DNA of 64,000 bases from Candidatus Kaiserbacteria bacterium RIFCSPHIGHO2_01_FULL_53_29 (GTDB lineage Bacteria; Patescibacteriota; Minisyncoccia; Phycocordibacterales; UBA2100), in NCBI GenBank assembly GCA_001781125.1, contig MFKT01000029.1, positions 68,040 through 132,039 of the forward strand, written 5' to 3'. The position numbers and the translations under genes were made by a program. Of this stretch, positions 19,818 to 28,350 are shown one piece after another (within the stretch, counting starts at the first letter, position 1; every line of letters starts with the position of its first letter). Below the pieces are notes generated by a model that saw only the letters and a program-made list of their open reading frames with translations, was not told the origin of the DNA and ran no database searches.

Positions 19818-19853
19818 GAGCTACGGGCTACTGGCTGCAAGCTACTGGCTTAC
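19818..19853. repeat. Heptamer-array arm, right arm flanking the IVS-protein gene
   Basis: gagctacgggctactggctgcaagctactggcttac. Inverted partner of 19415-19445. Confidence 0.8.
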
Positions 19854-20473
19854 TGCGGTGGCTCCCGGTAGGGATCGTCTTCAACGGACTTCCGAACTGT
19901 CGAGGCCTCGCCGGCTTTGTAGGCGGCTGATACGGGCGCGCGTTCTATTTTCCCCGTAGGTGAGGTCGAGGGCGGTGTAGCCGGTGCAACGAAGCTTGTA
20001 GCTTGTAGCTTGTAGCTTGTAGCAGATTCGGCATTCGTGCTGGCTTCAGGCTCCAAGCTACTGGCTACGGGCTGTTCTCCCAGCACTTGCGAGCGCACAT
20101 CTTCAACCCCGGTCGTATCTGCGGCCCTTGCATCCGGATGCTCGAGCTCACGCTCGAGCTGTTCGCGGACCGGTTGGAACACGATGCGGGAAACATTCGA
20201 AGCCAAGTCCTGTGCCATCTCCTGCGTAACATCAAGGTCTGCTTTGATGTTATCCGCAAGCTCCTCCGGTGGCTGGAACCCCATGAGCGTGAGCAGTACC
20301 TCGTTCTCCAGGAGTTGCCATTGGTCAAGATGCAATTTATTGGTATCCGCCAATTCCCGCAGCTGCTTCTGTATGTCGGTCGACGTAATAGCATCTTGCA
20401 ACACCTTCGGGAGCTCCTTAAACCGCTCCTTCAACTTCGCATTCAACTCATCTTGTGTCATTTTCATGTCCAT
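19850..20473 (-). CDS. Hypothetical acidic protein whose C-terminal region is encoded by a heptamer-repeat element
   Basis: N-terminal 120 aa look protein-like (MDMKMTQDELNAKLKERFKELPKVLQDAI...). C-terminal part translates the repeat (SYKLQATS). True 3' end uncertain. Confidence 0.4.
   Translation of the reverse strand: MDMKMTQDELNAKLKERFKELPKVLQDAITSTDIQKQLRELADTNKLHLDQWQLLENEVLLTLMGFQPPEELADNIKADLDVTQEMAQDLASNVSRIVFQPVREQLERELEHPDARAADTTGVEDVRSQVLGEQPVASSLEPEASTNAESATSYKLQATSFVAPATPPSTSPTGKIERAPVSAAYKAGEASTVRKSVEDDPYREPPQ
19993..20074. repeat. Heptamer-array inverted-repeat element (4 x AGCTTGT left arm, spacer, complementary right arm)
   Basis: agcttgtagcttgtagcttgtagcttgtagc, then a 19-nt spacer, then gcttcaggctccaagctactggctacgggctg. 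Confidence 0.8.
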
Positions 20474-20486
20474 ATATCAATGGGCA

Positions 20487-23363
20487 CTAGCTAGCTGGTG
20501 CGGCGGGGGCAGCGGGCGCGCCTCCTCCTGCGCCCGAACCAGTTTGTATATCTGCGAGCACGTCACGCAAGCCGGCAGTCTTCACCTTCTTTTTAAACAG
20601 GTCCGGAATTTCATCTTGTACGGCCTTATTTACAAGCGTTACTTTACCCAAAGTACGCGTGAGAATGTCCCCCTGTATTGCAGCGAACTCCTTGACAACT
20701 CCTTGAGCAGAAGTCGCCAGTCCTTTGGTCCCCTCTGTCGCCGCTTGATTCGCAAGTCTTTCCGTATCGGTCTGCCATTTTCTTTCCAGTGTCTCTCCGT
20801 ATTTTTTTTCAGCCGTAGCAAAATCATTCTGTACCCTCTTGAGATTGGGATCGTTTTCTATGTTGCCGATACGTGCTACCAATTGTTCTGCATTGCTGCG
20901 CGCATCGCGCGATCGACCAAACACCTCGTCATATTTTCTTGCTCTTTCTACGACTGCGGGATCTAGGGTAGGAATTTTACTTTGGACCTGAATGCGTGCT
21001 TGTTCGATACGATCTTCTTGGTGTCGCATGTCACTTCTGCGCTGCTCTTCAGAACTGGCGAGCTGGTCTTCAATTACTTTTCGCTGCTTCGAATCGGTAA
21101 TTGTTGAGAGCTGTGCCTTGAGACCTTGAATGACCGGATCATGTTTTGCGGCCGCCGTCGCTTTGCCCCCCGCGACTTCCGCTGCAGCGGCGTCAAGTTC
21201 GCGTTTCGCAGCATCCTTTGCTTCAGAATATTGATTCCGCTCGTCAGCGCTGAGATTGCTTGCTCGGGTCTCCGCTTGATCAATAATATCTTGTGCCGCT
21301 TTTTGTTGCGCAACAAATTTCGGATCATTGGCGAGAGCAGGATTTTCAGTTGCCATTTTCTTTAGGGAATCTCTAATGTCTTCCTGAACCGCAACGTTTT
21401 CCGGGCTGTAGAGGGTGCCATCGTTCGCCGCGGCCTTGAACGCGGTGCGGAACTCGTTGCCCACGGTTGTAAGTTGATCTTTCGTCGCTTTAGCAACCTT
21501 CTCTGCCGTTGTCAGCTGTTCTTTAAGCGGTCGTTCTCCTGCGGGATTCATTTTGCCGTCTGCTTCGTCCGCGGCGTCTTTCAGCGCAGCCTCAGCTATT
21601 TCTTTTGCGTTCTTCCGGTCCTCAACCTCCTTTCGTCGTTCGCGACGGATCCTTTCTTTCTCGATCTCCTTCACCTTTTCGTTGTCCTCTGCTGACGGTG
21701 CGATTTTTGCGGCTATTTTTTCTGCTTTTTCGGTTCGTCCTTTGACTTGGTCTGCATAACTCTTTTCGAGAGTAGTTCTCCCTGATTGTCCTGCTGCGAA
21801 ACCAGTAATGCCGACCGTTTTGGCAACGTTCTGAGCAGTTTTCGTATCCATTATATTGAAGCGACTATCCGCAAGTTTTCCTGCCTGTTCCATCGATTTC
21901 AATTTACTTGCAGCCAACCTCCTCTTTTCAGCGGCGGCTTTCCGCGTTTGCTCTGCAAGTGGAATGTTCCCCAGCGCTTCGTGTCTGTCCGCCGCCCGGT
22001 CCATAGCCGCCGCTTCATTATTTTCTCTCTTTGCGTCTTTGCCGAGTCTTTTAGCAGCAAAATATGCCGGCATGCCAATGCCCAAACGTCCTGCGCCGCC
22101 CACAAGGAAGCGGCTCCCTTGGATCAAGGGAGATAGAGCAAGAGCGCCGGCCAAATTGAATCCGGTGACAGTTCCTGCGATCTTGCTCGAGAGCTTGAAT
22201 GATATAAAGAGCATGCCGAGTACCATTACGAAGTTGAAGAGCGCGGCGATGTTGGCCCCGGGCGTCTGACTCGTCATGAGAGCGCCGAGGGTCCCACAAT
22301 TATGGCCCCCGCTACAGAGTGCTTTGCTCAAGGAGTTCGAGACATTCAACGTTATCCACAAAAAGAGCATCAATGCGGGTGCTAAGACAGCGCTCCCGAT
22401 AAGCGATTTCCACCATACATCCCATCCATAACTGCTCTTCTCCCACGCGGGAACAAGATAGCTCGCGAATGCGAGCGATGCGGTGACCATCAGGAAGATA
22501 AAAATGAGCGCCCGTGAAGCAAGGAGGTAGGTGCCGTATAAAAAGACGAGCGCGGTAGCGATGAGGAAGACGAAAGAGAGAATGCCGTAGACAAGGCCGA
22601 GAAGCGCGTTGTCGTTATTCTCCTGAATTCCGCGCAGCGCGTTGTATGAGTCGGCGATCCCGCCGACGCCGAGGAATCTCAAAAAACTTCCGGCGATGCC
22701 GTTGCCGGTAATGGTCGCAGCACCCGCCCCTGTGTTTGCGGTCGCGGACGGCGCCGCCGCCTCGTCCGCTTGTTTGAGAGCTCCATTGTAGAGCTGGAGT
22801 GCGGTGAAGTTCGACACGTCGATCATCATCTTGGTAAAAAGCAGGCTGAAGTTGATGAGAATGGCGATGATGAGTACCTTCGCGACCATTTTTTTCGCGT
22901 TGAACGTTTGCAATCCGAGAATGGTGCCGATCGCGATAAAAGTGAATATGCCGATGATAAGGATGTTGGCGATATCGCGAAATGCGCTCCACGCGGTATT
23001 GACCCCTTGCTCGATATTGTTGAATATCAGACCTCTGAAGTCGACTATGGTCGCCTTCAGCGCAAATTCGAAGAGCATACTCATCCAGGTGAGGACTGTT
23101 ATTCCGATGTACATAAAGAGCGATCCGAGACCCGCGAATATGCCCCGCATCCAACATATCGGATTTAAGTTGCTCAAATTCCATCCGCTCGAGCATGAAG
23201 TGCTCCCCGCATCATTCGCGACGCCGGAAGCCCCCACGACAGCGTTGAGACCTTGCGCATGGGTAACGGTGGGAATAGCTGTTACCCCTGCGCTGAAGCA
23301 GACCAAGAGCGCAATAAAGACGATTGCGGATCTTTGCCAACGAGTTTGTTTGAAGGTCATCAT
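20487..23363 (-). CDS. VirB6/TrbL-like polytopic membrane protein with a long C-terminal K/E/A-rich coiled-coil extension
   Basis: Signal/TM N-terminus, then about 8 TM helices over the first roughly 480 aa (TrbL/VirB6 architecture). Then about 470 aa of low-complexity charged coiled coil ending in GSGAGGGAPAAPAAPAS. Confidence 0.65.
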   Translation of the reverse strand: MMTFKQTRWQRSAIVFIALLVCFSAGVTAIPTVTHAQGLNAVVGASGVANDAGSTSCSSGWNLSNLNPICWMRGIFAGLGSLFMYIGITVLTWMSMLFEFALKATIVDFRGLIFNNIEQGVNTAWSAFRDIANILIIGIFTFIAIGTILGLQTFNAKKMVAKVLIIAILINFSLLFTKMMIDVSNFTALQLYNGALKQADEAAAPSATANTGAGAATITGNGIAGSFLRFLGVGGIADSYNALRGIQENNDNALLGLVYGILSFVFLIATALVFLYGTYLLASRALIFIFLMVTASLAFASYLVPAWEKSSYGWDVWWKSLIGSAVLAPALMLFLWITLNVSNSLSKALCSGGHNCGTLGALMTSQTPGANIAALFNFVMVLGMLFISFKLSSKIAGTVTGFNLAGALALSPLIQGSRFLVGGAGRLGIGMPAYFAAKRLGKDAKRENNEAAAMDRAADRHEALGNIPLAEQTRKAAAEKRRLAASKLKSMEQAGKLADSRFNIMDTKTAQNVAKTVGITGFAAGQSGRTTLEKSYADQVKGRTEKAEKIAAKIAPSAEDNEKVKEIEKERIRRERRKEVEDRKNAKEIAEAALKDAADEADGKMNPAGERPLKEQLTTAEKVAKATKDQLTTVGNEFRTAFKAAANDGTLYSPENVAVQEDIRDSLKKMATENPALANDPKFVAQQKAAQDIIDQAETRASNLSADERNQYSEAKDAAKRELDAAAAEVAGGKATAAAKHDPVIQGLKAQLSTITDSKQRKVIEDQLASSEEQRRSDMRHQEDRIEQARIQVQSKIPTLDPAVVERARKYDEVFGRSRDARSNAEQLVARIGNIENDPNLKRVQNDFATAEKKYGETLERKWQTDTERLANQAATEGTKGLATSAQGVVKEFAAIQGDILTRTLGKVTLVNKAVQDEIPDLFKKKVKTAGLRDVLADIQTGSGAGGGAPAAPAAPAS

Positions 23364-23505
23364 ACCCGGCTAGTACAATTTCGAATAATTCCTGCCGCAG
23401 GTCACACTGCGGAAAGGTTGCATAACGGCTGAGTCATTTTTTCTTGTCATACGTTGGTGAATATTCATACAAGGCGATTCGAAATTGTCCTGCCGGGCAT
23501 ACTCA

Positions 23506-25209
23506 TTACTTCCACTTTGTGACCCACGCCGCTCTCGTCGCATCGTTCGTGGCGTTGCACCAGCCGACCCCGGGATTTGTCGTGCCGTCCCATGAGAGAT
23601 TTGCGGGAGTGCTCCCATCAGAGCCGACTCCTGTCCATGTATCTCTCGTCGTTTGCAGCAAATTCGTCAATGAGCTCAGGGTGCTTTGCTGTTGCTGTGT
23701 GATCGCTGCCACATCCGGCGGCGTATGGAGAACAGGAGGACGCGCACTGACGAGCTGATCGAGCTCCTGGAGTGCCTGGGATTGTGTGGCGGGATTCGAG
23801 AGACGTGCAGCGATACTCGTGAGTTTTGCAAGCGTTTCATCGGATTTCTGGATGGCGGGTAGTATTTGAGCCGCCAAAGTTCCGATCTGGGAATCGATGA
23901 CCGCTTGCGCGAATTGATAGGTCGAAGTCGCAACGGTGAGACTGCCGCTTGCAGGCGGTTTGGCGGTACATTTTCTATCAGCGTCTGGTGGTGCGGTGCA
24001 CACGTTCGAAATGACGAGAGCCCAGCACTGATTCTCGAGGCCCCGCAGCTGCAATGTCGCTTGCGTGAGCAGACTCCCGATCGATTTCACGACCTGATTG
24101 TACTGCTGCTCTGTTCGCAGAGCGCCGGCGAGATTGTTGTTCGCGACATTGACGGCGGCATCCCGCAGGCCCTGCCCCGATTGCGAGGAGACCTGATCGA
24201 GATATGATGGCTGGCCGCCGATGCTTTGAGACAGGCCCGCGAGTCCCTGAGAATCAGCCACGATCTGTGTTGCCACGCCGGCATAGAGAGCTCCTATCAT
24301 CTGGCCGATGTCGTTGGCGCTTTCCAGTTGGCGCACAGAACTATCGATGACGTTCTGGAACGTGCTGTTCACGTTGGAGGCTGGCGTGAGCACCCTTTGG
24401 TTCAGGGGATCTTGCGCCCCATCGGTTAGGGCATAATAGCCGCGACCCCAATTCCATTGATCAAGCTGGTACTGTTTCGCCGCTGCGATCCTGCTGTTTA
24501 CGAGATCCTGAGCTTCAAATTTTGCATATAGAGGGACACAATCCGGATCGGCCCCGGCAAGAAAAGCATCGAAACTGAAATTCTGTGTCGGGTTGGTCTG
24601 GAACGGGGTCAGATCCCCCTCATAGGGACACGTGAGCTCGGTCTGCGGCGCCCTAGTACTTGTGTCGTAATTGACGAGTACGGCACGACTCACCGCCGCC
24701 TTGAAAGCCGGATTGAGCGAATCGAGCGCACCGCTCTGGAACCACGAAACGAATACTTGATCGCCTACGGTCAAGAGTTCCTGCCCTTCATTCACCGCGT
24801 ACTGTGGATTGCCGTTGCGACCCTCTTGGATCCCCTTGTAAGACCTTTTTAAATATGCTGCGCTGGCGGCTTCCCGCTGGCGGACTATCACTTCGCGCAG
24901 CACGCATTCTTTGTACACCAGGATCCCTGTATTGAGCTCGACGGTCGCATCGGCAACGGGCACGTATATCCCGTTTGCCGTGAGCGACCCCACATTCATC
25001 GCGAACGCGCCGTTCTGGTTGCAGTCGAAGATCCCCTGTCGCTGGTATTGATACGCCTGCGCGTTCGCAAAAAGAGGCAGAAAGCATCCCGAGACAACGA
25101 GCGCAGACAAAAGGGTCTTCTTCACCCCGTTAGAGACCGCAGGCAACGAATTTTCTTTCATCATCATTTGGTCAGTTGTTGGACGACCGGAGTCTCTAAT
25201 GGGGCTCAT
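23506..25209 (-). CDS. Large secreted protein of unknown function (T4SS-locus associated)
   Basis: 567 aa. Hydrophobic leader KKTLLSALVVSGCFLPLFANAQA. ATGA start/stop overlap with the upstream gene. Q/N/S-rich. Confidence 0.55.
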   Translation of the reverse strand: MSPIRDSGRPTTDQMMMKENSLPAVSNGVKKTLLSALVVSGCFLPLFANAQAYQYQRQGIFDCNQNGAFAMNVGSLTANGIYVPVADATVELNTGILVYKECVLREVIVRQREAASAAYLKRSYKGIQEGRNGNPQYAVNEGQELLTVGDQVFVSWFQSGALDSLNPAFKAAVSRAVLVNYDTSTRAPQTELTCPYEGDLTPFQTNPTQNFSFDAFLAGADPDCVPLYAKFEAQDLVNSRIAAAKQYQLDQWNWGRGYYALTDGAQDPLNQRVLTPASNVNSTFQNVIDSSVRQLESANDIGQMIGALYAGVATQIVADSQGLAGLSQSIGGQPSYLDQVSSQSGQGLRDAAVNVANNNLAGALRTEQQYNQVVKSIGSLLTQATLQLRGLENQCWALVISNVCTAPPDADRKCTAKPPASGSLTVATSTYQFAQAVIDSQIGTLAAQILPAIQKSDETLAKLTSIAARLSNPATQSQALQELDQLVSARPPVLHTPPDVAAITQQQQSTLSSLTNLLQTTRDTWTGVGSDGSTPANLSWDGTTNPGVGWCNATNDATRAAWVTKWK

Positions 25210-26053
25210 AGCTGTTTTTTCGCGTTGTACGAGTAGAGCCCACTGAACGATGTGAACATGTTCCGTTCGGCCTGATCATAGCTGCGCAAGAGTGCCACTG
25301 AGGCAAACGGGTCCTCCGCGTGTGCCACCAGCTGCTCAAGTGTCGCCGCGAATTCCTGCATTGCATTAAGAATAGCGAGGTGCTGCACGACAGCGTCTGC
25401 CGGAGCCGCGACATTCGCAGTGGAGGCAGCCGCATCTTTGTAATTCTTTGCCACTTCGGTGAGTTCTTTGAGGTAGGACGCATCTTTCGTTTGCACGTAG
25501 TTCCCAAAGATCTCGTATTCAGGGGTCGTGTTCTTGAAAAGCGGCTTCAGTGTGCTCTGGAGAGCAAGGCGATACGCGAGCATTGCCGCATAAGACGTGT
25601 CGGAGCTTGTCTTGACGTCTGCCTTTGTGAAGCGGCGATATGAGACCTCTGCGCGCATCAGCGGAGCGAGATCCTGTGCGATTTGCGCGCCCGCCTCCTC
25701 CGTATACGTACCCGCTTGCTGCATCTGCGCGTATTGACCGGCAAGCCGGTCCATCACCACTGCGCCAATGGAGGAGATCGCGTCGGTCGAAGACGTCGCG
25801 GATGAAAAAGATGCACTGCCGAATATCGACATCCCCGCCACGTTTTCTTTTGACGAAGAAATGTCTGTACCCGCATCCGCAGAGGCGACATAGGTCGTTG
25901 CACTTTTCTTCTCCTGCACCGATCTCTCCACGCTCCATCCAAGAACCACCATGAGCGCCAAGACAGAAGCTGCGGCGGTTATCCCAATAGCCGTGAACCC
26001 ACGACTGTTGTTGCAATAGGACAAAAAGCCCACGCATCTGTTCGCGCGTTTCG
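25206..26053 (-). CDS. Membrane-anchored protein of unknown function (start uncertain; ORF-track N-terminus runs into the repeat element)
   Basis: TM segment ITAAASVLALMVVLGW followed by an S/A/T-rich soluble domain. Upstream ORF extension translates heptamer repeats (MLQATSYWLQ), so the start is placed at the GTG/Met near 26053. Confidence 0.45.
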
Positions 26054-26075
26054 TTCTCACACAGGAAGTATAACA

Positions 26076-26171
26076 AGCTTGTAGCCAGTAGCTTGTAGCT
26101 TGTAGCAAAAAAGAGGAAAAATACGAAACACTCTCTGGCTTCAGGCTACGAGCTGCTGGCTACAGGCTCCC
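26076..26171. repeat. Heptamer-array inverted-repeat element
   Basis: agcttgtagccagtagcttgtagcttgtagc, then a 31-nt A-rich spacer, then ggcttcaggctacgagctgctggctacaggctcc. Confidence 0.8.
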
Positions 26172-26210
26172 GATTTGTCCGCGCGTAGCGCGGTCACAAA
26201 TCGCAGTCCT

Positions 26211-27104
26211 TTATGGGCTCATGGGCGTGAACGTGAAGACGCTTCCCGCATCACTTTGTGCAAAGACGACGCCATAGGCGCCGAAAAGTTCTGCCACCGC
26301 GACATAGTTTCTTGTGAACGTATCAGCCGAAGCGTTGTACGTCTGTATTGCCGCAATAAAATCACTATCGCGCTCTGCATAAGGCACCAGTGCGAGGTTG
26401 GTTCCTATCGCGATGTAGCTCTTTGCCAATTTCTGGTGCGCCGAAGCCATTGCGCTTGGCACGACGTCCATACCTTGGAGATTTTGGCCCACTTCTTTGA
26501 GAGCCCGCGCGAGCTCGCCCACGGCGGCTGCCTTATTGCTGTCACTGCGGTCCTCGACCTGATCTTTAAGCGTCTGCGCTTTCCCTTGGTTCTGTTCTTC
26601 AAAAGATCGAATGTATGAACCAATATCGTTGCCGTAATCGTAGAGTTTTTGCTGTGTCGCGCTGCGACTCTGTTGGACCGACGTGGTGCTCATAAGTCCG
26701 CTTGGTATGAATGCGTATGCATCTGTCACCTGGTTGTCAGTGCCTCGCGCCCCGCCCGAGGCGGGTCGGCCTTGGGCCGAGAGCAGTGCGATGAACGCGT
26801 TGAAATCGAATGGAGCACTCTGCTCCGTATCAGGATCTTTTACCACAGGCGGGGTATATGCGGAGGGCACGGTCAGAACATTTGGGAACACGGAGTATTG
26901 ATTTTGGGATGGCTGGGTCGACGCGGGGGCAGGAGGCGTATGCGATGATGGATTGAAGAGTGAGATCTCTGTGCCTGCCCACGTCCGTGTGCTTGCGGCG
27001 GGGGATGCCGCGGAGCGGCTGTTCACAATGAGCGCGCCCACGAGGAGAAGTGCCAGCGTTGCGGCCAATGCATCTACGTACGGGTGTGCGCGTAACCAAT
27101 TCAT
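26211..27104 (-). CDS. Membrane-anchored protein of unknown function; carries an in-frame palindromic insertion (QGRPASGGARG)
   Basis: 297 aa. N-terminal TM ALAATLALLLVGALIV. First gene of the minus-strand operon. Contains the element cccgaggcgggtcggccttggg at 26755-26776. Confidence 0.5.
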   Translation of the reverse strand: MNWLRAHPYVDALAATLALLLVGALIVNSRSAASPAASTRTWAGTEISLFNPSSHTPPAPASTQPSQNQYSVFPNVLTVPSAYTPPVVKDPDTEQSAPFDFNAFIALLSAQGRPASGGARGTDNQVTDAYAFIPSGLMSTTSVQQSRSATQQKLYDYGNDIGSYIRSFEEQNQGKAQTLKDQVEDRSDSNKAAAVGELARALKEVGQNLQGMDVVPSAMASAHQKLAKSYIAIGTNLALVPYAERDSDFIAAIQTYNASADTFTRNYVAVAELFGAYGVVFAQSDAGSVFTFTPMSP

Positions 27105-27197
27105 AGCCGGTAGCCGGTAGCTTGTAGCTCGTAGCGGATCCGAAGCCCCATCCGACTAATTGTACGGCTACGGGCTACAGGCTACAAGCTACGGGCT
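27104..27197. repeat. Heptamer-array inverted-repeat element in the divergent promoter region
   Basis: agccggtagccggtagcttgtagctcgtagc, then a 30-nt spacer, then ggctacgggctacaggctacaagctacgggctg. Confidence 0.8.
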
Positions 27198-27215
27198 GTG
27201 TGGTAAAATTTATGA

Positions 27216-27530
27216 ATGCGTCCTGCCGCACTTGCTGCCATCCTATCTTTACTTATAACTCCGCTTGCCGTGCATGCGTTCCCCTTTGGTGGACAAGCGA
27301 ACATAGTACGGCCTTGTTACAACAACGCGATCTATGCCAACCTCGGGCCTCCCGTCGGCGGCCCATATATCTGGACTCCTTCCACAAAGACGTACCAATT
27401 TGGTCCGCCTACGCATGCGGGGCAGTGGCTTCTCGGACTTGCCGGGGCTCCCTACTATTGCATCATCTCGATCGAGCCGGTCATCGTCTGGCCCGGCACC
27501 TACATCACGATGATGGGGTCAAGTCAATAA
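27216..27530 (+). CDS. Small secreted Cys-containing protein of unknown function
   Basis: 104 aa. Signal peptide MRPAALAAILSLLITPLAVHA with an AXA-type cleavage site. Divergent from the T4SS-like operon. Confidence 0.4.
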   Translation: MRPAALAAILSLLITPLAVHAFPFGGQANIVRPCYNNAIYANLGPPVGGPYIWTPSTKTYQFGPPTHAGQWLLGLAGAPYYCIISIEPVIVWPGTYITMMGSSQ

Positions 27531-27537
27531 TTAGCCA

Positions 27538-28350
27538 CTAGGGTTTAGCCACTAGAAAAGACACGAGTTGTTTCCACGCATCCAGCGGGACGTCTTCTGC
27601 GCGAACCGCAGGTAAAATCCCAATAGCATTGAATACCGCAGCGACACGGTCTTTCTCAAACCGCACACCCAGATTGTTTGCCAGGAATTTTCGCTTTGAT
27701 GTAAAACCAGCATGTATAACCTCAAAAAACCTCTCCTCGCTTATAGTGTCGAAGAATTTTTTTGATACATTGTCTATCAGGAGAATCGCGGAGTCGACCG
27801 ACGGCGGCGGGGAGAAATTCCCGCGTGATACTTTTGCAATAATTTTTGGTATTCCGTACGCTTTGACCGAAAGTGAGAGAATGGATTCTTTTCCATTCCG
27901 AGCGACGATACGATCTGCAACCTCTTTCTGCACGAGAAGTGCGAGCGCGCGCGGTTGTGAAGATGTTTCCAAAAACTGTCGGATAATTTCTCCGGTAATG
28001 TAGTATGGAATGTTGGCAGCCAGCACATAGCTTCCCGCGATCAGGTTATATCGTTGTGGGTCGAAGTTGCGAATATCATCCGAAACGAGAATTAATTTTC
28101 CGAACTCGATCTTGCTGCGGAATGTTTCTTCGAGATGCGTAACGAGCGCCTCATCTTTTTCGATCGCGATTACGGTCGCGCCCGTTGCGAGAAGTTCTTT
28201 GGTGAGCGCGCCTTTGCCCGGCCCTATCTCGAGAATTGTTTCGTTCGGTTTGACGTCTACCGCTCTGGCGAGCACCTCGGCGGCCCACGTCCCCGTGAGG
28301 AAGTGTTGCCCCAACCTCGCCCCTTTCCTAGCGGATCGTTTCTTCTTCAT
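27538..28350 (-). CDS. rsmA: 16S rRNA (adenine1518/1519-N6)-dimethyltransferase RsmA/KsgA
   Basis: SAM-binding motif ILEIGPGKGALT. Start placed at MKKKRSARKGARLGQHFL; the ORF-track extension would overlap pcrA. Confidence 0.85.
   Translation of the reverse strand: MKKKRSARKGARLGQHFLTGTWAAEVLARAVDVKPNETILEIGPGKGALTKELLATGATVIAIEKDEALVTHLEETFRSKIEFGKLILVSDDIRNFDPQRYNLIAGSYVLAANIPYYITGEIIRQFLETSSQPRALALLVQKEVADRIVARNGKESILSLSVKAYGIPKIIAKVSRGNFSPPPSVDSAILLIDNVSKKFFDTISEERFFEVIHAGFTSKRKFLANNLGVRFEKDRVAAVFNAIGILPAVRAEDVPLDAWKQLVSFLVAKP

Noticed and set aside
19993-20074. Tandem heptamer arrays considered as a CRISPR array or microsatellite
   Set aside because: Units are 7 bp with no spacers of CRISPR size, and arrays occur as inverted pairs. 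Not CRISPR. The regular inverted pairing argues against simple slippage microsatellites.
22615-23373. ORFs 22615..23196 (minus, other frame) and 22804..23373 (plus) within the VirB6-like gene
   Set aside because: Overlap a long multi-TM ORF with a consistent hydrophobic periodicity. The alternatives are His/Arg-rich nonsense.
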